From Arcobacter sp. (GTDB lineage: Bacteria > Campylobacterota > Campylobacteria > Campylobacterales > Arcobacteraceae), in NCBI GenBank assembly GCA_965662175.1, contig CBFIGT010000035.1, forward strand, positions 1-19,642: DNA of 19,642 nt, given 5' to 3'. A model generated the notes under the pieces. The model did not search any database, was not told the origin of the DNA, and saw nothing but the letters and a program-made list of their open reading frames with translations. Position 1 is the stretch's first letter; each line of letters starts with the position of its first letter. Made by a program: the position numbers and the translations under genes. Shown here piece after piece: positions 8,958-15,745 of this stretch.

Positions 8958-10895
8958 TTAATTTTCTCTTATCTCTTTTTTCAAGTTTTCAATAACTTGT
9001 TCAATTGCATTTCTCATCTTTTCATCTGTTATATTATTTTGTAATAATCTACCTAGATTAGCCTCTTTTTCCCTAAAAAATGCACAAATAGCCTTAGACT
9101 TTTTAGCCTTATTGTACATCAAAACTCCAGAAGCTATAAGTACAACCACTAACTTTGTATGTCCCAAAATTGCAGCATAATTTAAAATAGTAAATCCAGC
9201 ATAATCAGGTTCATTCATATCAGCTCCAGCTGAAATCAAAAGTCGTGCAATTTTATAATTACCCTTCCATTGAGTATGATGTAAGGCTGTTCTTCCTTGT
9301 CTATCTTTTATATTTAAATCAGCTTTTTTTGTTAGAAGTTTTTCCACTAACTCTAAATCATCAGCAATAACAGCCTTATGATAAATTGTTCTTCCCTCAC
9401 TATCAATTACATTTGTATCAATTCTAAATTTAAGCATAAAAACGACTCTCTCTAAAAAAGCCTCTCTTTCACTTAGTTTTTTTAGTTTTAATCCATTATC
9501 AATCATCAAAGATAGAGGAGTATTTCCATTATTATCAGAGATATTTGCATCTGCGCCATTATTTAAAAATAGTTTAGTTAGCTCTAAATTATTATAATTT
9601 ACCACATCAAAAAGAATAGTTTTACCATCTGTTCTTTGAACATTAAACCTTGGTTTTTTCGCTAATAACCTTTTTAAAAGTTTAAAATAGTTTCCATCCT
9701 CAACAATATCTAAAAATCTTCGTGAGCTAGGTCTAACTCCATTTTCTTGGATTAAAACCATATCAGTTACATCATCAATAATAGTTCTATCATTTAAATC
9801 ACGATGATTTAAATCAATATTTTTTTCAATTAAAAAATCTATCATTTCAAGGTTATCAAAACCTTTGATACACTCTTGAAAAAGTATTGTTTTTCCCTCT
9901 CTATCTTCAGCATTTATATCAGCTCCCGAAGAGATTAAAAACTCTATATTTTTCATATTTTTTTTATCAACTTCATAAAAAAGTGCTGTTTTTCCAGCAC
10001 TATCTTTTCTATCAATCATTAAACCATTTTCAATTAAAACAGAGGTCATTTTAAGATAATTATTTGAGCTATCAACATATCTATACTCTGTTAATCTATA
10101 CTTTTCAGGGTCATTCTCTTCAGCTATTGAAATTATTTTTAAAATCTCATCAAGAAGAATTTTTCCTGTCATATCTTTTACATTTAAATCTATTCCCCTA
10201 TCAATCAAAGCATCAATAGTCTCTAAATGAGTTGAACCTTTTAAAATCACTTTAAAAAGAACATTTCTTCTATTTTTATCTAAAACATTAATATCTAAAC
10301 CATAATCTATTAAATATCTCATAATAGTTTGGTCATCTTTTAATGCAGCATAAAAAAGTGCTGTTTCTCCATTTTTATCAACAATATCAACATCATCAAT
10401 ATTGTTTAAAATCTCTTTAATTATATCTAAGTCTCCACCCTCAACAGCGTCAAAGAGTACAGTTCTTCCATAATTATCCCTATAGTTTAAATCAGCACCA
10501 TGATTTAATAATATTTCAAAAACCTTATGATTTCCCTCTATGGCAACATCTTGAATTAAAGTTCGTCCCGAAGAGTTTACATAATTTATTGAGGCATTTT
10601 GACTAAGTAAAAATCTAATCATCATTCCATCAGAGTTTAAAGCAGCATCAAAAAGAGGAGTTTTCCCATGGTTATCTTCAGCATCTAAATTCATACCATT
10701 TTTAAGTAAAAGTTTAATAGCCTCTATTCTTCTTTTTTGAACCAACTTAAAAAGAATAGTCCTTCCCTTCTCATCCCTAGTATTTATATTTATTCCACTA
10801 TCAATAATCTTTTGTATCTTAGCTTCATTTAAATAATCTTTCATTAACTCTTTATGCAAAGATTGATAAGTATCAGGCTTGAAGAGATTCAACAT
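8958..10895 (-). CDS. Ankyrin-repeat protein (about 15 repeats), no evident signal peptide
   Basis: Repeated D..G.T.L(F/H)...Ll..GadiN units starting at about aa 44, 77, 110, 143, 176, 209, 244, 301, 334, 369, 424, 457, 501, 534, 567. SD AAGGA 10908-10904. Confidence 0.93.
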   Translation of the reverse strand: MLNLFKPDTYQSLHKELMKDYLNEAKIQKIIDSGININTRDEKGRTILFKLVQKRRIEAIKLLLKNGMNLDAEDNHGKTPLFDAALNSDGMMIRFLLSQNASINYVNSSGRTLIQDVAIEGNHKVFEILLNHGADLNYRDNYGRTVLFDAVEGGDLDIIKEILNNIDDVDIVDKNGETALFYAALKDDQTIMRYLIDYGLDINVLDKNRRNVLFKVILKGSTHLETIDALIDRGIDLNVKDMTGKILLDEILKIISIAEENDPEKYRLTEYRYVDSSNNYLKMTSVLIENGLMIDRKDSAGKTALFYEVDKKNMKNIEFLISSGADINAEDREGKTILFQECIKGFDNLEMIDFLIEKNIDLNHRDLNDRTIIDDVTDMVLIQENGVRPSSRRFLDIVEDGNYFKLLKRLLAKKPRFNVQRTDGKTILFDVVNYNNLELTKLFLNNGADANISDNNGNTPLSLMIDNGLKLKKLSEREAFLERVVFMLKFRIDTNVIDSEGRTIYHKAVIADDLELVEKLLTKKADLNIKDRQGRTALHHTQWKGNYKIARLLISAGADMNEPDYAGFTILNYAAILGHTKLVVVLIASGVLMYNKAKKSKAICAFFREKEANLGRLLQNNITDEKMRNAIEQVIENLKKEIREN

Positions 10896-10931
10896 TAAAC
10901 TTTTCCTTTAAAAACTTTAATAATAGGGTTC

Positions 10932-10939
10932 ATTATATC
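10932..10939 (-). promoter_or_regulatory. Putative -10 promoter upstream of the ankyrin-glmU block
   Basis: Minus strand GATATAAT (GnTATAAT, Campylobacterota-type) preceded by a T-tract, 36 nt upstream of the ankyrin ATG. Confidence 0.55.
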
Positions 10940-10948
10940 TAAAAAAGA

Positions 10949-12484
10949 TTAAAATCTACGTCTACGCCTTTGAAAAGGCTCTTTTTTGGGATACTCTTTT
11001 TTCTCACGATTATCATCTAATCTTATGTTTTTTTTCAAAGAGTTTTCACAAAATTTATTTAATGCAGCTCTTTGAATAGTAGCTTTTATACCATCAGGAA
11101 AAAGTTCAGGAAGTTTATATGAAAGCCAAAGATAAAGTGATATTTTTTTAATCTCATCTTCAACTAAAAGTAAATCCCTTTGGGTTTTTGCAACTTTTGG
11201 CAAAGTAATAGAGGGTTTATATCTAACAACTCTATTTTTTAAAACAGCATTAATATACATATCATAAGCTTGAACTATAATTTGTGATTTAATTGATATT
11301 GGAGCTTGAGATAACATATATTTATCTTCAAGTTTAAGATTAAACTTTTGGTCAACAATCATAGCAGCACTTATCATAGATGAAATATTTGCAGCTTTAA
11401 AAGGCCCATCAAACTTCATATTTGAAGAGAAAAACTTTAAAACTTTTGTTAAAGATTTTGTCTTTAAATGTTTTGCTAAATTTTCTAATTGTTCATTATT
11501 GATTTTTACTCTAAATGGAGGTTTTATTGTTCTAATTGGCTTAGAATACTCCTCTTTTATATACTCTAAACTCTCTTTTGTAGTTGCTCCAAAAAAGCCT
11601 TTTTCATGGTGTCCATAACGCCCTGCTCGACCTACTATTTGAACTATCTCATTTACATTTATTCCACGTCTTGAAATTCCATCAAATTTTGTATGTGTAG
11701 TAAAAAGTATAGTTTTAATAGGTAAATTAAGCCCCATAGCAATTGCATCGGTTGCTATTAAAATATCTGTCTCTTTTTCCCTAAAACGTCGTGCTTCATC
11801 TCGCCTAACCTCAGGGGAGAGATTTCCATAAATAACAGAAACTTTATGTTTCTTATGAAGTTTTTGTTTGAGTTTTAAAACATCAGATCTTGAAAAAGCA
11901 ATTAAAGCTGTACCACTCTCCAAATTTCCTAAAGCTATATGCCTATCTAAAAGTTGCAACTCATTTTTTCTTTTAAATTTTACAACATTTAACTCTTCGC
12001 CCAAATATGAAGCTATTTTTTTAATAGCCTCCAAAGCATTTACACTTCCTGTCATAATAATTTTTTTAGCAGGACATCCAATAATAGCATTAACCCAAGC
12101 CCAACCTCTATCAGCATCATCTAACATCTGAACTTCATCAATAACAGCAACATCAACATCCATATTAAAATCAATCATCTCAATAGTTGAACAAACATGC
12201 CCAGCATCTTCATCAATATTTTGCTCTTCACCTGTGATTAAAGTAGTTGCAATTCCCTCTTTTTTTAAATCCTCAAATCCCTCTAAAGCTAACAATCTAA
12301 GAGGTGCTAAATATAAACCACAATCAGCTTTTTTAAGCTCACTCATAGCACTATAAGTTTTCCCTGAATTTGTAGGACCCACATAAAAGTACAACTCTCT
12401 TTTTAATGTCCGGGCCAAAGGATATAAAGATTTTATATCACAATTTAATAACTCTTTTAACTGTTCTTGCCAATTTGTTTTCAT
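10949..12484 (-). CDS. SUV3-like SF2 (DExH-type) helicase
   Basis: GPTNSGKTY (Walker A), YLAPLRLLALE, CSTIEM, VIDEVQML.D.DRGWAW, IYGNLSPE.R, ATDAIAMGLNL, QIVGRAGRYG, YLWLSY are SUV3-family signatures. Likely start ATG 12484 (MKTNWQ), because the track's extension to 12541 covers the promoter region. Confidence 0.9.
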   Translation of the reverse strand: MKTNWQEQLKELLNCDIKSLYPLARTLKRELYFYVGPTNSGKTYSAMSELKKADCGLYLAPLRLLALEGFEDLKKEGIATTLITGEEQNIDEDAGHVCSTIEMIDFNMDVDVAVIDEVQMLDDADRGWAWVNAIIGCPAKKIIMTGSVNALEAIKKIASYLGEELNVVKFKRKNELQLLDRHIALGNLESGTALIAFSRSDVLKLKQKLHKKHKVSVIYGNLSPEVRRDEARRFREKETDILIATDAIAMGLNLPIKTILFTTHTKFDGISRRGINVNEIVQIVGRAGRYGHHEKGFFGATTKESLEYIKEEYSKPIRTIKPPFRVKINNEQLENLAKHLKTKSLTKVLKFFSSNMKFDGPFKAANISSMISAAMIVDQKFNLKLEDKYMLSQAPISIKSQIIVQAYDMYINAVLKNRVVRYKPSITLPKVAKTQRDLLLVEDEIKKISLYLWLSYKLPELFPDGIKATIQRAALNKFCENSLKKNIRLDDNREKKEYPKKEPFQRRRRRF

Positions 12485-12518
12485 ATTTTTCTTTTTTGAT
12501 TTTATTAGTATTAAATGG

Positions 12519-12533
12519 ATTTTATCATAAAAT
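12519..12533. promoter_or_regulatory. Back-to-back -10 elements (putative bidirectional promoter for the helicase and trmA)
   Basis: Palindrome ATTTTAT-C-ATAAAAT: the minus strand reads TGATAAAAT (extended -10, 12527-12519) and the plus strand reads TAAAAT (12528-12533). Confidence 0.5.
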
Positions 12534-12568
12534 ATTAACATTACACTAAAAGATTTTAAGGGATTTTA

Positions 12569-13690
12569 ATGACTTGCGACTATTTTGGAAAATGTGGCTC
12601 TTGTACTTTGTATAATATGGATTATAAAGAACAGTTAAATTATAAATTAAAAAGAGAAAAAGAGAGATTTTCTGATATTACAAATATTGATTTTGAGATT
12701 ATCAAAAGTGAAGAGAGCCATTTTAGAAATAGAGCAGAGTTTAGATTTTGGAAAAATTTTGATGAAGATGATAATGCAACTATCTCATATGCCATGTCAA
12801 GTTTTGATAAAACTGCTTTAGAAATTGATTCTTGCACAATTGTTTCAAATGATATAGCTAAACTTATGCCAAAACTTTTAGAAGAGATATCAAGTGATAA
12901 AATACTATTTCATAAAATATATTCTGTAGAGTTTTTAAACTCAACAATTGGTGATATGCTTGTAACTTTAATCTATCACAAAAAACTAGAAAAAGATTGG
13001 GAAGAAAAAGCAAAAGAGCTACAAGAGAAGCTAAATATCAAAATCATAGGAAGAAGTAGAAAACAAAAACTAATCCTAACAAATGATTACATAGAAGAAG
13101 AGTTAAACATTCAAAACTCAACATTCAAAATCAACTACAAAGAGGGTGGATTTACCCAACCAAATGCAAAAGTAAATGTAAAAATGATAGAGTGGGTTTT
13201 AAATAATATTAGCCCATCTAATGATTTATGTGAGCTTTATTGTGGTGGAGGAAATTTCACAATTCCATTATCAACAAAATTTAATAAAGTCCTAGCAACT
13301 GAGATTTCTAAAACATCAATAAACTCAGCAATTAAAAACTGTGAACTAAATAATATTACAAACATAGATTTCATAAGAATGAGTTCAGAAGAGTTCGTAG
13401 AAGCACTACAAGCTAAAAGAGAGTTTAGAAGATTAAAAGATGTTGATTTAAAATCATATAACTTTTCAACAATATTCATGGACCCACCAAGAGCAGGATT
13501 AGATGATACAACAAGAAACTTAGCAAAAGATTTTGAGCAAATAATCTATATCTCATGTAACCCCGAAACACTACATCGTGACCTAAAAGAGTTAACAAAA
13601 ACTCACCAACTCTTAAGATTCGCTTTATTTGACCAATTTTCTTATACAAATCATATTGAGTCAGGTGTGATTTTAAAAAAAATAAGCTAA
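12569..13690 (+). CDS. trmA: tRNA/tmRNA (uracil-5)-methyltransferase TrmA
   Basis: FRNRAEFR.W, FTQPN..VN.KMIEW, ELYCGGGNFT, VLATEISK, DPPRAG, catalytic YISCNPETL, DQF.YT.HIE; N-terminal C..FG.CGSC. Confidence 0.93.
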   Translation: MTCDYFGKCGSCTLYNMDYKEQLNYKLKREKERFSDITNIDFEIIKSEESHFRNRAEFRFWKNFDEDDNATISYAMSSFDKTALEIDSCTIVSNDIAKLMPKLLEEISSDKILFHKIYSVEFLNSTIGDMLVTLIYHKKLEKDWEEKAKELQEKLNIKIIGRSRKQKLILTNDYIEEELNIQNSTFKINYKEGGFTQPNAKVNVKMIEWVLNNISPSNDLCELYCGGGNFTIPLSTKFNKVLATEISKTSINSAIKNCELNNITNIDFIRMSSEEFVEALQAKREFRRLKDVDLKSYNFSTIFMDPPRAGLDDTTRNLAKDFEQIIYISCNPETLHRDLKELTKTHQLLRFALFDQFSYTNHIESGVILKKIS

Positions 13691-13693
13691 AAT
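13686..13693 (+). promoter_or_regulatory. Candidate sigma70-type -10 for flagellin, overlapping the trmA stop
   Basis: GCTAAAAT (GnTAnAAT) 34 nt upstream of the flagellin ATG; SD AAGG at 13717-13720. Confidence 0.35.
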
Positions 13694-13727
13694 ATAAACA
13701 TAAAGTCAATTCCGAAAAGGTAAAACT

Positions 13728-15698
13728 ATGAGAATCAATACAAACGTAGCTTCTTTAAATGCACAAGAAGCAGCAAAAAACACAAATACAAAACTTACAA
13801 GTTCACTAGAGAAATTATCTACTGGTCTTAAAATCAATAAAGCAGCAGATGATGCTTCTGGTTTATCAATTGCTGATAAATTAAGAACACAAGCAAGCTC
13901 AATTGGTCAAGGTATCTCAAATGCTAATGCAGCAAACTCTTTAATTCAAATTGCTGACAAAGCTATGGCTGAGCAATCTAATATTTTAGATACAGTTAAA
14001 ACTAAACTAATCCAAGCATCTACTTCTACAACTTCTGAAGATGGTAGAGAAGCTATTAGAAAAGATATCCAAAAACTTCTTGAACAGTTTGATAATATAG
14101 CAGGTCAAACTAACTATAATGGAACTAATCTTTTAAATGAAAAAGACAAAGAGTTTGTTTTCCAAGTAGGGGAAGACTCATCTTTTGATATTGGTTTAAA
14201 AACTGAGTATGCTGTTAATACTTCAGGATTAGGAAGTGCTGGTAAAGAGGGTACTACTAATGCTACTATTACAACAACTACTGGGGATATCACTTTAGAG
14301 GGTGAGGTTTCTAACATTAGTGCTACTATTTCATCAACTGAAGGTGATCTTACAATTTCAGCCGCTGCTGCAGCTAGTGCTAGTAATGCTTCTGAAATGA
14401 CTATAAATGTATCAGCTAACAATGTTACAAAAATTGGTATTAACAATACTACGACAACTAGTACAATAACATTATCTACAGATGATGCTGATTTAGCTAA
14501 ATTCTTAAATGCTGAAGCTGATAAATCAACTTCAGATGGTTTAACAAAAATTGCTAATGGGGTATATGAGTTTAAATCTACTGCTGATGCAACGCTATCA
14601 ACTATTACTTTTGAAAACAATACTTCAGTTGATATTAGTAATTTAAAAGTTTCTGGTCTTTCATCTTTAACTACAGGTGGTGATATATTCGTACTAACTA
14701 CAGACGAAGCTGTAACGATTGAAAAAACTGGTGGAACAGCAGACCTTACTGTAAGTTCTGGTGGTAAAATGGATATTAAAGTTAATGGAGATACTGCTGA
14801 GGGTATTGCTTATACTGCAGGTTCTACTTTAAATGTAACTAGTGGTACAGTTGCCATAAGAGATAACTCTACAGGTTCTACTTTAGACGTTGTTACTGTT
14901 AATGCTACAGCTGCTTCTACTACAAGTGAAACTGGTAATATAGCCTTTACTGTTGCTTCTGATGCTAATATAAAATCACTATCATTAACAAACACTGCTG
15001 CTGAAGCTACTGTTACAATCTCTACTACAGATTCAACTACAGCACAAGCTTTAAGAAATGCAGGTTTAAGTGAAAATGCGGATGGTACATTTAACTGGTC
15101 TACAAACGGTGTAAATGACTTACAAACTTTAGACTTTGGTGATGATGGTGTTGACATGGGAACTTTAAGTTTCTCTGATGTTACAAAAACTACTTCAGCA
15201 AATGATAAAATCTATATCGAAACAAGTGGTACAGTTACTTTTGTAAATGATAAAGCTGAAGGAATTGATGAAGATTATGGAAACTTTAGTGTTTCTATGA
15301 CTACATCTGCTGGTGGTTCTAATACAGCTGGTATTGGTATTGCGGATGTTAATTCAGGACTAGCATTTAAAAACCTTGAGGGATTAACTGCTTTAGGTGA
15401 AGGTGAACTAACTTCTGAAACTGCTAACAACTTTATGTCAGTTATTGATGATGCACTAACTCAACTTAACTCTGTTAGATCTGACTTCGGGTCTACTCAA
15501 AATCAATTAGACTCAGCTATTAGAAATATGATGACTGTTCAAACGAACATTCAAGCTGCTGAATCAATCATTAGAGATGTTGATTATGCTGAAGAAAGTG
15601 CGAACTTTAACAAACAAAATATTATCTCACAAGCTGGTTCTTATGCTATGAGTCAAGCTAACTCTATCCAACAAAATGTATTAAGATTATTACAATAG
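13728..15698 (+). CDS. Flagellin, 656 aa, with a large Ser/Thr-rich variable region
   Basis: N-terminal MRINTNVASLNAQ...LEKLSTGLKINKAADDASGL; C-terminal RSDFGSTQNQL...AAESIIRDVDYAEESANF...QAN..QQNVLRLLQ. Codon bias typical of highly expressed genes (GCT, ACT, GGT). flaA versus flaB cannot be decided. Confidence 0.98.
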   Translation: MRINTNVASLNAQEAAKNTNTKLTSSLEKLSTGLKINKAADDASGLSIADKLRTQASSIGQGISNANAANSLIQIADKAMAEQSNILDTVKTKLIQASTSTTSEDGREAIRKDIQKLLEQFDNIAGQTNYNGTNLLNEKDKEFVFQVGEDSSFDIGLKTEYAVNTSGLGSAGKEGTTNATITTTTGDITLEGEVSNISATISSTEGDLTISAAAAASASNASEMTINVSANNVTKIGINNTTTTSTITLSTDDADLAKFLNAEADKSTSDGLTKIANGVYEFKSTADATLSTITFENNTSVDISNLKVSGLSSLTTGGDIFVLTTDEAVTIEKTGGTADLTVSSGGKMDIKVNGDTAEGIAYTAGSTLNVTSGTVAIRDNSTGSTLDVVTVNATAASTTSETGNIAFTVASDANIKSLSLTNTAAEATVTISTTDSTTAQALRNAGLSENADGTFNWSTNGVNDLQTLDFGDDGVDMGTLSFSDVTKTTSANDKIYIETSGTVTFVNDKAEGIDEDYGNFSVSMTTSAGGSNTAGIGIADVNSGLAFKNLEGLTALGEGELTSETANNFMSVIDDALTQLNSVRSDFGSTQNQLDSAIRNMMTVQTNIQAAESIIRDVDYAEESANFNKQNIISQAGSYAMSQANSIQQNVLRLLQ

Positions 15699-15708
15699 TA
15701 ATAATCTT
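15683..15708 (+). repeat. 11-bp hairpin enclosing the flagellin stop codon
   Basis: AAGATTATTAC (15683-15693) - AATA - GTAATAATCTT (15698-15708); stop TAG at 15696-15698. Confidence 0.75.
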
Positions 15709-15711
15709 TTT

Positions 15712-15745
15712 AAATAAAGTAGTGACATATGTCACTACTTTATTT
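15712..15745. terminator. 34-bp perfect palindrome, probable bidirectional terminator between flagellin and maf
   Basis: AAATAAAGTAGTGACAT|ATGTCACTACTTTATTT, U-rich tails in both directions; includes the maf stop codon (15735-15737). Confidence 0.85.

Noticed and set aside
12485..12541. N-terminal extension of the helicase ORF (likewise coaBC 7642-7674 and peptidase 5753-5779)
   Set aside because: Extensions run through promoter DNA or further into the upstream gene; downstream starts fit family N-termini better.
11868..13709. ORFs 11868..12131, 12640..12837, 13237..13479, 13476..13709
   Set aside because: Antisense shadows of the helicase and trmA.
13688..13718. sigma28-like TAAA...TCCGAAAA upstream of flagellin
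   Set aside because: Spacers are 19, 12 or 6 nt rather than about 15, and the putative -10 overlaps the SD only 9 nt from the ATG.
14114..15157. Long antisense ORFs in flagellin (168 aa and 115 aa)
   Set aside because: Expected from the NCT/GGT-rich codon bias of flagellin, which depletes antisense stops.
14230..15370. Enzymatic (metallopeptidase, flagellinolysin-type) insert in the flagellin variable region
   Set aside because: No HExxH motif; the region contains no histidine.
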